A stretch of DNA of 63,482 nt, filler included, from Thraustochytrium aureum (lineage: Eukaryota): assembly GCA_012862495.1 (NCBI GenBank). It is 8 parts of 4 records of this genome, joined end to end, with 100 filler letters (N's around TTAATTAATTAA, not from the genome) between each part and the next. Parts side by side here need not be neighbours in the genome. Positions count along the whole stretch, not along the records: positions 1 to 15,316 come from BLSG01000176.1; 7 more parts are not named here. The stretch is one strand, 5' to 3'. Numbering within the stretch: the first letter of the stretch is position 1; the number at the start of each line of letters is the position of its first letter. Shown in pieces: positions 1 to 11,300 of the stretch. The translations under genes and the position numbers were made by a program. The notes under the pieces are model-generated. The model had not been told where the DNA came from. It searched no databases and saw only the letters and a list, made by a program, of their open reading frames with translations.

Positions 1-2980
1 GTCAAGCTCGACGTGGACCAGCTCGCCGCGCTACTGGCCAAGTCCAGTAGCTCAAAGTGGGCTTGCTTCTGCTCAAATAGCCTGATGGAGAAGCTCGGCG
101 ACTCGCTTGGCTCAAAGCCCGTTCGCGCCTTGTGCAAGGCCTACTTGGATCCGATCGGCCTAGCAACGCGCACGTCTGGCTCTCGCGGCACCGAGCTGGC
201 GCGACTCTGGCTAGCGCTCGCAACGCGCAAGCCGCGTGCCGCCTGCACCAGTGACCACTTTGCTGCAGCTCGGCAAGCGTACGGAGGCACGCTCGCCGAG
301 GTGGACTGCATTTTGCGGCGCTTGTTTGTGGTCTTTGAGGACAGCGTAGGTCTCACCCTCGCCTCGTCCGGCTTCGCCGTGGGCGAGCGAGCTTTGAAGC
401 AGCTCGAAGTGCCGCTCCCTCACGAGGACTCGGCGATGGCAAGCCGCGGCGTCCTTGCCCAAGCCGTTGCGATGCACTACGAGTGGCTGGTGAATGCAGA
501 CTTTCGGCCCGCGCTTGCGGATGGTATTCCGCTGCACAGGAGCTTGCGCCCAGACAGCCCGACCTACTTTTGCTCGAGTGCGCTATCAACCGCTCCTTTG
601 CCAGACCAAAGCGGCGCGTCGAGCCCCTCGCGAAGCGGCGCAAGCTCGACGCTGCAGCGTCCGAAACGTTCGACGAGCTCTTCAAGGGGGATGAGGAAGT
701 CCCCACCAAGCAGCCAGGCAGTGCACAGCGCTCGGATGCTGAGGAAGACGACGACGGCGAGCCTGAAACCGCAGCAGAACCAGCTGTCATGGACACGGAT
801 GACGACGAGGGCGGCAGCTCCGCCGACGAAAGCGGCCTGGCCCTCAACGTTGTCAACAGCAAGGCTGGCAAGTCGGCCGAGCAGACTGCTCCCGCAGACC
901 CGAAAGACCGCGAGTCACTCAAGGCGGCCGCGGCTCAAGCGCGCGCAGTGGAATTTGCTGCCGAGGAACGCGAACTAGCGGCTCGAGCTGGCTTTCGGCG
1001 CGAGGCGCTCGACCCCAGCTTTTGGCTCCCAGCGCTGCACCAGTACCTTGAGCTGCGCGCCTTGATCGCAGATTTGCCGAGCCACGACGCCGACAGGGAC
1101 GACGACCAGGTAGTCTCCGACGACGACGACGACGAGGGGAGGACAACCAAGGTGGAAAGGGCGGGTCAGGAGACCGCGTCGAGGACAAAGAGACTCTGGA
1201 AATCCGCGAGCAGTTCGCAGCAGCTGCAGCAGGGGCGTTTCCGGCGCGCAAGCTGATCGAGACGGGCGCTGTCGCCTTCCTCTTTTGGTGCGCTGCGTCG
1301 CGCGCCGAGGACACGAGACGTCTGGCATGCAGTGCCCTCCAGGTGTTCGGCCAGCTGGCGGCGCGCGAATATCTTTTCCGCGAGCGGCTNNNNNNNNNNN
1401 NNNNNNNNNNNNNNNNNNNNNNNNNNNNNNNNNNNNNNNNNNNNNNNNNNNNNNNNNNNNNNNNNNNNNNNNNNNNNNNNNNNNNNNNNNNNNNNNNNNN
1501 NNNNNNNNNNNNNNNNNNNNNNNNNNNNNNNNNNNNNNNNNNNNNNNNNNNNNNNNNNNNNNNNNNNNNNNNNNNNNNNNNNNNNNNNNNNNNNNNNNNN
1601 NNNNNNNNNNNNNNNNNNNNNNNNNNNNNNNNNNNNNNNNNNNNNNNNNNNNNNNNNNNNNNNNNNNNNNNNNGGCGGCGCGCGAATACTTTTCCGCGAG
1701 CGGCTGCAGCTCGTCGCGCTCCTCGGCAGCGTCCGCGCGGCGCTCCCCGAGGTCGCGTCTCCCGTGACCAGCTTGGTTGCGAGCTTTGCCACAGAGTCAT
1801 TGGACATTCTGCTCAAGCCAGGCGGAACCATGTACAAGGCGGTGAACAGATTCATCATGGAGCGTCCGTGGGTGGGTATGCACGAGGTCCCGATGTTTCT
1901 CCAGGCGTTCAACAGTGGCAAGCCGACGTTTCGCGTCGAACGTGGTTGGGCGGCTCGCGTGCTATGCCGCGGCCTCCGCTCGCGCGAAGATGTCTCCGTG
2001 GCTTTCCGCCAAAAGCTCCCTGGGATGCTGATGAGCTTTTTCGACGCCGGCGACATGGTGGACGTCTACATGCAGGAGCAGGCCGTTCTCGCGCTCCTAG
2101 CGATCGCGCGGGTTGGCAAGTTTGGCGTTCGGCGCCTCCTCAAGGCAGGGGTGCTCGTCTGGGCGTGCAACGCGCTCAGCTCGATCGCCAGCGTAGCCGC
2201 GGCTAGCGGCCATGGCGAAGCGGGGCTTTCGGTGCGCCAGGAGGCCGTTGTGTGCGAGCTCTTGGAGCTCGTTCTCCTCGTCGCGCGCGAGACGGGCGAC
2301 AGCGTGCGCGAGCTTTCCGCCGCTCGATCTTCGCTGCAGGAGGAGGGGCCGCTCCTCCGGGACGCGTTCGTGGACGGCGAGGCGCTACTAGGTGGCGAGC
2401 TTGTCGTGCGGAGTGCGCTGGAGGCGGTTTCGCGATGCAGCGATACCCGGGCAATCAAAACCTTGCTCCAGGCTCTTTTGGCGCTGGCAGGGCGAGCGAA
2501 CGATCAGGGTGCAACAAAGCGCGCCGCGGGTACCACCGCTTTGACGGGGCTCTTGAGATCCCAACGACGCTCCTGGCGCGCTTGATCGAGGTTGTGGCCT
2601 CTCGCGTGCAGCCCTCGGAGGAGGTGGCGGGTCTCGCCCTTCAACTGGTCCAAGCTAACCGCTGCGTCGGCAATGTGGATTTGCTCGCGTGGGGCCAGGT
2701 TTGGCGCTGGGCTCTCGATGTGAACGTCGCGCGCCTCGGGTCGAGCGACTTATCGGGTGAAGAATCGGTTGCAGAAGCCGCATCCTTTCTCGTCTGGTCG
2801 CGCAACCTCGTGCGCTCAGCGCGCAAGTCAAGCAGCACCGGTATGCTGGGCGCAATGCGCGCAGTCGCCCAGCCCGCGCAGATCGCATCGCTCGCGCTCG
2901 CCGCCTGCAGCGCCAACAAGTCGCCTGTGCTTGACGCTGTCGCCAAGCTGGAGCGCGAACTCCAGCTCGCTGGCCAATAG
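1..2980 (+). CDS. URB1: Nucleolar pre-ribosomal-associated protein 1 (URB1/Npa1), C-terminal part; 5' truncated, split by frameshifts and a gap
   Basis: Successive + frames give AYGGTLAEVDCILRRLFVVFE, LDPSFWLPALHQYL and LLKPGGTMYKAVNRFIMERPWVGMHEVPMFLQAFNSGKPTFRVERGWAARVLCRGLRSRED...LMSFF, matching the URB1 C-terminal NopRA1 pattern (P..hY..hn.Fh......h..VP.F..hF.S......er.Wh...L..Gh). Stop TAG at 2978-2980. Confidence 0.8.
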
Positions 2981-3545
2981 GCAGCTCGCTCTCTACTAGC
3001 GAGTACAGCTTGAGGGAGAGTAGGAGCATCTTGATTGAGACCGGTCTCGCCGATTCGCTACAAACCCAGAAGAGAGCCAGAGCAGAGTACGTACCGCACT
3101 GCAGGCTCCCCTGCGCGCGCGCCCGCTCGCAGGCCAACCGGCTCTCGTCATCAAAAACAGAAACAAGCTAGCAACTGTCCAGAATCAATTAGATCGCATG
3201 CCGGCTGCGCTCCCGGCCTGCGTGCAGCGCGGCCCCGCCCGCCGCGTCCTCGGGTCCCACGCCATCCGAGTCCCCGGCGCCGCCACCTTGGCCTCCGAGA
3301 CGGGCAACCACCATGAAAAAACATAACATAAATGAAAAAAGTCGAGCACACTGTAACGGCGCAGAACGAACGCCAGAGGCGGGGACGCGGCGCAGCAGAC
3401 CTCCTTCCCGCGAAAAGAGCACGGGCCCAGCAGGAGCGCTCTCGCGGCCTCTCAGGCCAAGCCCAGGGCTGACTGACCGACGAGCCCGCTCGCGCGCCGC
3501 GCGGTGGAGGCTGGTGCGGTTGTGGGTCCAAGCCGAGCGCCACGG

Positions 3546-6500
3546 ATGGAGCGCGAGACCAGCACATGGCAGCCTGCCATGACGCCTGGCGGGTCCAGGG
3601 AGTCGATGGATGATCTCCCGGGCTTTGAGGACGGTGGCAGCATCTCGCATTGGGCGGTCGAATTGAACAGCTCGGCCCAGGACGAACGCAGCGGGGACCT
3701 CCGAACGCACGAACTCAGGCCGTGGCGATTGTCGAGCCTGGTTGCCGAGCGCACCCAGAGTCATGCAACGACACAGTCCGGAGAAGACCACTCTGCTCTT
3801 GGCGTTGGGCTCGACACGGCGCCCTCCTCGCCGAAGGCAGGGCACGGCGCCACGACACGGCGCAGTCTGTCCCTTCGCGAACTTGTCGCCGAGGTCGAGG
3901 CGGACGTGACTCGCAAGATGGATGATCTGGAGCGCGCCTGCAGCTTCGACGAGGTGGCGCGGGAAGAACGGGTTGCTGTCGCTGTTGCACAAGCAAGACA
4001 CGCGTTCGGGGGTCCCGCTGTGGTGCGTAAACAGCACTTGGCAAAAAGCGCCNNNNNNNNNNNNNNNNNNNNNNNNNNNNNNNNNNNNNNNNNNNNNNNN
4101 NNNNNNNNNNNNNNNNNNNNNNNNNNNNNNNNNNNNNNNNNNNNNNNNNNNNNNNNNNNNNNNNNNNNNNNNNNNNNNNNNNNNNNNNNNNNNNNNNNNN
4201 NNNNNNNNNNNNNNNNNNNNNNNNNNNNNNNNNNNNNNNNNNNNNNNNNNNNNNNNNNNNNNNNNNNNNNNNNNNNNNNNNNNNNNNNNNNNNNNNNNNN
4301 NNNNNNNNNNNNNNNNNNNNNNNNNNNNNNNNNNNNNNNNNNNNNNNNNNNNNNNNNNNNNNNNNNNNNNNNNNNNNNNNNNNNNNNNNNNNNNNNNNNN
4401 NNNNNNNNNNNNNNNNNNNNNNNNNNNNNNNNNNNNNNNNNNNNNNNNNNNNNNNNNNNNNNNNNNNNNNNNNNNNNNNNNNNNNNNNNNNNNNNNNNNN
4501 NNNNNNNNNNNGTTCCGGAGGGGGAGACATCTTTGGAGCCGAGCAAATCAAACCACACCCAGCCCCTTGCAGGCGCGCCCGCAGCGGGCCCATGGGGGCT
4601 CAGGAGTGAGGACGCCGCAATCCAGTTGCTCCTGGTCAGGCTCTCACGCGCCTTTGAGGCGTGTGTGAACGTGTCGAGAGCAAGCCCCGCCCTTTGGGAA
4701 ACGGTTGCCACACTCTCACGGCGGCTTCTCGGCACGCTTGCAGAGCGGCGAGTGGTCCTTGACGGCGAGGACAGGTCCGAGGTTCAAGGCCTGCTTTTCC
4801 GCTTTATGACGAGTCCAATTACGTGTCGAGTCGGCGCGCAAGCCATTGTGGAAGGCCTGTTCGCGCTGTGCCAGGAGCCCGCGCACCTGCGTGAGCTGAT
4901 CAGCTTTTCGCTCGGGTCTGAGCGCCGTCCTGCCTCTTGCCGGGCCTTGTCAAGTCGCTCGGAGACAGCGCCAGCGCGCTGTGCTTTCCACTTGAGTCGC
5001 TTGTGCTGGAGCAATCGCACCATGCAAACCCGGCGTTGCTTGACAGTTTGCTGGACGCCGCCGGAGTCGGGCCCAAGTCGGGCTGCCCACCGAGCGGCTG
5101 CGAGCCTCGGACACAGGACGCGATGCAGCTGCTCCAACAGCTGCAGAACGAGTTGGGGAGCGCCTCGGCGCGAGGTGTCCCGGGCGCCGCTCAGCTTCTG
5201 TACGGGTACACGATCCGCGTGCTCCGGCTCTGCGACAACCCTGCTCTGGAACTGTCAAGGTGCTTCCCGGTCCTCGAGCCCCTCCTGGTCTGGCTGTGCT
5301 CGGCAACGTTGTCGCCAGACAACCAATACTCGCTGCTTGGCAGCCTCCAGTCGCTGCTCTCGCAATTGGCTGGCCGCGCGAGCCGCCAGAGCCGAGAGCA
5401 TAGCTCTTCTTACCGACATGTCGAGGAAGCTGCTGTCGCGCTTTTCAGCAAAACCTGTTTACGGGCGATGTGCTGCGTTGCCCCTGGCAACGAAGACCCG
5501 TCTGCGATGCTCACGAGCTCGCCACTGCTATGGGGCGGCGAGACTTGGGCCGCGCCCCCGTTTTCAGAGTTGGCCCTCGCTCTGCGCTCCGCCGACTCGC
5601 CAGCCTTGTGCCTGGTCGCATTGCGGCCCCACCAGGTTCGCAGCTCGCGCTCGCGCTCGCGCGCGGGGAACAAGCCATTTTGGCGGCACTGGCCCATCAC
5701 ACGGGGCTCGGGGCGGTAATGCGCGAGCTTGGCTCTTCCAGCGCTCCCGGCAAAGCAGAAACCGGACACAGTTCGCTTAAGCCGTGCATGGCACTGATGG
5801 AGCAGGTCTTTGGCGTTCTGAGACAGATGATGCACAAGGCGCAAAACCTCAAGTGGTGCAACCATGCTGTAGAGGACCTCGACAGTGCTCGGGCGACATT
5901 CGCGCTGTTAAAGCAGCAGCGGACAGGCTCACAGCCACAGTGCCCCCGTGCAAGCAGTTGAGCTCCTCGCCATATTGCGCGGGCGCGACGTGGCTCGGGC
6001 CGTTGCGCAAGAGCAAGCCCGGGACGCCTCCGCGACACCGTGGAGAGCCTTGCTTTGAGTTCGGGGCTGTCGTGGACTCCGGTCGCATCGCCCTACGAGG
6101 CAGTTGTCAGCGACCTTGAGGCGCGGGCTCGATTTTTGCTTGGGCTTTCACCGCGGCCGGACTTTGGGCGCGCCCCGTTCCCGGAGGAGCCGGCGACATG
6201 CGACGCGCTCAAGAAAAAAATTGACTGTGAGATCGACGCCGAACAGCCCAGGACTCTGCGTGCGCGGTCTGCGTCTTGCCCTGCGCTTGGAACAACCTCG
6301 GCCAGCTCATCTGGGGCTCAACAAGGCGAAACGCGGGACCACAGAGCCAAACCTTGCGATGAGGCAGGTAGCTCCTTTGACATCAACATGTCGGCGTCGT
6401 CTGCAAAAGCAGAGCAACCAGTGGCACCGTCTGACGCGAGCTTGCCTCACAGCCAGATCATGTTGCAGCCGAGCTTGGCGCGCTCAAAGGCGTTGCCGGG

Positions 6501-8299
6501 CCTCCTAAGAGTCGAAGCCAATCTTCTGACCGGGGTCGCTGCGGCGCCTGCAACTCCACTCGGCGCTGCGCAAACCCCTTTGCCGCCAACCCCGCCATCT
6601 ACTCCGCATGCGAGCTTGACGCGGAGCAGGTCGCAGCTGGGCAGCACCGTGCGACCAAGTTTTGCTCAGGCCGACGTCAGCCCGGCGCAGGAGGGCGCAA
6701 TGAAGCACGTTGTTTGCTTCTTGCTCGATGGAGATGTGGACTGCGAAGTGGTGCAGCGCGAGCTGCGCCGCCGCGAAGCCAAAGCCATCGCAAAGTACCG
6801 CGCTCTGCTCGTCCTCGTGCAGGTTCTCCGCGCGAGCAGGGGCTCGTGGTTTCACCTGGCGATTGTGAAGACCGCGTTCAAGGCTCTCCGGAAGGACGAG
6901 CACTACATGGGAGGCATCCTCGGCTGCGGCGTGTACCTCGCCGCAAAAATCCGCAACGTCTTTGAGATCCTTGCGAAAGAGCTGGTCAGCGACGCTTGCG
7001 CGGCCGCCTCAGACCCTGCTGTGCGCGTCTTGGCCCTTGGGGCCGTTCTCCTTCGCTACGAGGCAGCATTTAACGACGCAGACCTGGTTCTCAATTCCGG
7101 CGTGCTCGCTTGCGCAAAAGCATGCTTCTTGCACGGCTTACCCCCCCCTGAGGCAGACGCCACGGCCCAGAACGAGCCAAAGCGCACTGATAGCGGCCCA
7201 AGGTCTTTCGTAGTGTCCCTTTTGCGTCCAGGGGCTCTTGCGGTTGGCCGATTCGGCGTGGTGTTCGCTGGCCACAATGCGGCTTTGCATTTCGCAAAGC
7301 TTGTCGTGCGCTGGCCTCGCGCGGATGCAAGAGTGCGCGCGTTGCAGGACGCTGTATTCGGCACTCTGTTCGAAAGCGCTCGTTCGATCTGGCTCGCACA
7401 TGATGGCGAGCTGGAGCAAGCGTTTCTGCTCTCCCTCTGGCACATTGGCGAGCTCGCGAGGGTTGGCGTCGCGGACCGGCTCGTCCCGGTTCTCGCGGGG
7501 CTCGTCGCGGACTGGGCCAAAGCGCAGCACCCGATTAAGTCGCCGCAGGTGGAGACCGCGCTCGTCGCCTTGCTGCACAGACTAGCTTCATGCGGATCGC
7601 AGGTTTCACTTGCGCAAACTGCACTTCGCTTCGTGCTAGACCGCCTCGGCGCCCTTGGCGAGGCAGAGCCGCCAGCGATGCGCGGAGTGCCAAAGAGGCT
7701 GGCTCGCAGTAGAGAAGCCGTGTCCAAGCTTCAAGTCGCGAACCTGCAGCTTGAGCTCGAGGCCACGCTCCCGACGCTGCAGGACGCCAAACTCGCAATC
7801 GTTGCCACACCCGGGGCCTTCGGCGCGAGTGGGTCGCTCGACTTTTGTACCTTGCAATGCGCGGAGCATTTCCGAAGGCAAGTCAAGGTGCATGCCTCGA
7901 TCGAGTTCGGCGGTTCTGGAGCTCAGCAGTTCGCGCAAGTGGAGCAGGCTCGCGAGCGCTCTGTCCGGCTTGAACATGGTTTCGACGGGCCGGCATGGAG
8001 ACTGCCCGTGGAACTCGAGGCTGGATTGTGGGCTGGTGGAGGCGCGCCTCTCGCAGAGGAGTTGGCCTCCAGCCCACACCCGCCGCAGCTCGGGCGCCCG
8101 CGCTTCGAGGTGGAGGTGAGTGGGCGCAAGCTGAAAACCTTTTCTCCGCCTCTTGGCAGCATTCTGTGCGTCGTCTTGGAGGAGAATAGCTTGGAAGTGC
8201 TGCTTGCGCAGCATTTTGCGCTTGGGGCCACAATCAGCGGCGTTGACGCGAGCCTTTGCGAAGCAATCGAAGCGCTCCCCGCAGGCCGCCAAGTTGTGC

Positions 8300-8330
<31 letters not shown>

Positions 8331-11300
8331 GAGACCTCCAAGAGAATTCCTGAGCGGCCCTCGCACTGATGGCGCAGCGCTTGGTCCGCACGCTGGCAGA
8401 TTCGCGGCTTGCCTCGCTAGCCTTGGAAGCCGGCTCGGAGGGCAATTGTGCAGCATGCAGAGCGAAGGGAGTCGCGCCTCGCCCTTCGTCTGGGCGATGG
8501 TTGGCTTTAAAGAGGCAAGGCTTGGACAAGGCCACTTCGGACGCGAGACAGCAGGGCGCGAGGCGGCTGCTGAGCGCTTGGTGGAGAGCGCTGCCGGCCA
8601 GACCGCCCTAGTTGAGCTCGCCTGGAGGGAGGATGCTGCTCGAATCCGCAAGGGTCATCGCTATGCTAGCTCGACGGAGGAGCATCATCAACGGATCCTC
8701 GTTCGATTAAAGAACCGTGAGCGGAATCACCCGCTCGCCATCACGATCCCTCAGCTCTGCTTTGGCTGCGTGCTACCTCCGGGCGGGACACAATACGCGG
8801 CGGTGGACAAAGCTACAGCAGAGCTTTTGGTTCAAGTGGAGCCAATGCTTGGAGGCTCGGGGTTCCAGCCGCCTCTGGGTTCTGGATATTGCCCTGGACA
8901 GCTGCGCGAGCCGCTCTGGCAAGACAAGGTGGCTCTAGGTCACTGGGCACTGGCCAAGCTGAACGACCCGGAGCTCGATTGCTTTGGGGAAACACATCAA
9001 GTTATATTCGAAGGCCAGCTCAGCCCTGGGCTGCAAGCGGCCCTGCTGGACTTGCAAGCGAGAAGGCACGCGCTTCTGCTTGTGCACAACGCATCTGCGC
9101 CGGAAAGCCCGGCGGCGTCTGGCGAGCACGAGTTGTGCTCGGGCCCAAAAGTGCCATGCGAGCTCGCAGCCAACGAGCTCGCCAGCAAGGGGTTTTCGTG
9201 CATTGTGCGACGCGGGCTCGAGTCCGCACGAGGGCGAAACTTGCGTCGGGCAGGGCAAATGCGAGTCCGGTCCGCGATGCAGCCCGATCAAAGGCGGCTG
9301 CTGCGAGGGAGGCTCGTCCAGCTAGGCCGTCAGCTCCTCGCTGACGGCGACCACCAGCCTTTCATAGCGGACCTAGTCGCAAGCGCCGCCGAGGGTCTGG
9401 TCCCCGAGTTTATGGGCTTGGCGCACGTTCTCGCAGGAAGGCCGCCTGGACCCGTCTGCCCGGACGACACTATTCGGTGGATTTCTCGCCGAACAAACAG
9501 CAGAGGGAATGCTGTCCTGGAGGGCTACGTCGCAGCCGTGCGCGACTCGAGGTGCACGGTCCTCTTCCCCATTCACGTTCCGCCACATAAGAGTGTGCCA
9601 GAGTTCAGCGAAGCGCACAAGGCGATTGACATTCCGATCGACGAAGCGTGCCCGATCGACGAGGCCCCGGACAGCCGGGTTCTCAGGTGCCTGGATTCTG
9701 TGGGCCCAAACGTGCTTGCCAAAGCGTTCTCGCCTGTGTTTGGAGGCGCGTTGGGCGGTGCAAACGAGCGAGCCACTCTGACGGCGCTCGCTCGGGTCTG
9801 CGTGGCGGGCAAGATAACGCTCGAAGCGGCCAAGGCCACCGGGGCTCTGGGACCACCTCCAGCCGGCCGCCAGGGGAGCGGCGGCTTGCTCCTCAAGCCT
9901 TTCCGAGCTTCTGCTCGAGCAGCCGAGCTCGAGGCGTTTTGCGAACGCATCCGCCAAGCTGTGCTTGGCGACAACAGAACCNNNNNNNNNNNNNNNNNNN
10001 NNNNNNNNNNNNNNNNNNNNNNNNNNNNNNNNNNNNNNNNNNNNNNNNNNNNNNNNNNNNNNNNNNNNNNNNNNNNNNNNNNNNNNNNNNNNNNNNNNNN
10101 NNNNNNNNNNNNNNNNNNNNNNNNNNNNNNNNNNNNNNNNNNNNNNNNNNNNNNNNNNNNNNNNNNNNNNNNNNNNNNNNNNNNNNNNNNNNNNNNNNNN
10201 NNNNNNNNNNNNNNNNNNNNNNNNNNNNNNNNNNNNNNNNNNNNNNNNNNNNNNNNNNNNNNNNNNNNNNNNNNNNNNNNNNNNNNNNNNNNNNNNNNNN
10301 NNNNNNNNNNNNNNNNNNNNNNNNNNNNNNNNNNNNNNNNNNNNNNNNNNNNNNNNNAAGGGTGCTGTCGTGGGTCAAGTTGGGCTTTGTTTTCGTCTGC
10401 TCGGCGGAAGACGTGCCTCCGGCGGCAACGAGTCTTGCTGGGTATTTTCATGCGTCAGATTGCTACGCAGGTCTTCATGTTGGCCTGTGCGGCGTTGCAG
10501 AAGCCGAGCTCACCACGGCAGGATCGCGCGAAACTGCCCGATGGTGGGGCGACGGGAGTGTGCTTGTGCGAGCGCAAGACATGACGCCTGGCGCGTGGCA
10601 AGATCACGCGGCAGGCCCACGTGAGGGCGACACCGTCGACTTGAAGTGCAGCGGCACCTGGGTTCTGGGCAGGGTTGTCAGGGTCGAAAACTCTGAGCAG
10701 GTTTGCATCGAGTTTGAGGAGCCTGTTGAGGCGAGCGCCGAGGCGTTTGTGGAAAGCGATTTGGAGCTCGAAGACGCCGAGGATGACGTCGATTTGCGTG
10801 CGCAGGACGGCGCGACGGAGCGGACGCCGCTTCGACGCCTGCGCGAGTGGGTCGAACTTGGCTCACCAAGGCTGGCGCCTGCCGGCGCATTCACAGAAAC
10901 AAGTGGCTCGTCCCTGGTGCGTGTGGGGGAGCCTATGGGGGTTTTGTGGGCGCTGTAGAAGCCCCTGAGAAGACTTGCCGAGCGCCTGGGACGGCCGTCG
11001 CAATAAGCTTTCATTGGGACTTGGAGTCTGGCGTTGTTGTCTTTGTGGATAGAGCCAACTGCACGCGCAGAGTTTTCCGTGGCGTCCGCGGGGCGTTTCG
11101 CCCCGCATTTTCGGTCCAGCGTCCAGCTATCGGGCAGGCGGCAATCAGGCTGAAAGTTTCTGTGACGGCAGAGACCGTTTCGCCCGCAGACGCGGAGCTC
11201 TGGTCTCGCGCTGCACGGCGCAACACGGACTATCACCTTGCTAGAATGCGGGAAATAGCGCCCTGGCGGTACGGCGGTGGTCGCGTAGAGCCGTGCGATT

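Noticed and set aside
1357..1705. Near-identical ~32-bp sequence on both sides of the first N gap (GGCGGCGCGCGAATA(T)CTTTTCCGCGAGCGGCT), considered as a target-site duplication
   Set aside because: Best explained as overlapping contig ends that failed to merge. The gap at 17911-18157 looks similar, since joining CCA/CCATG restores HSPMLAV, like fungal FAS PSPML.
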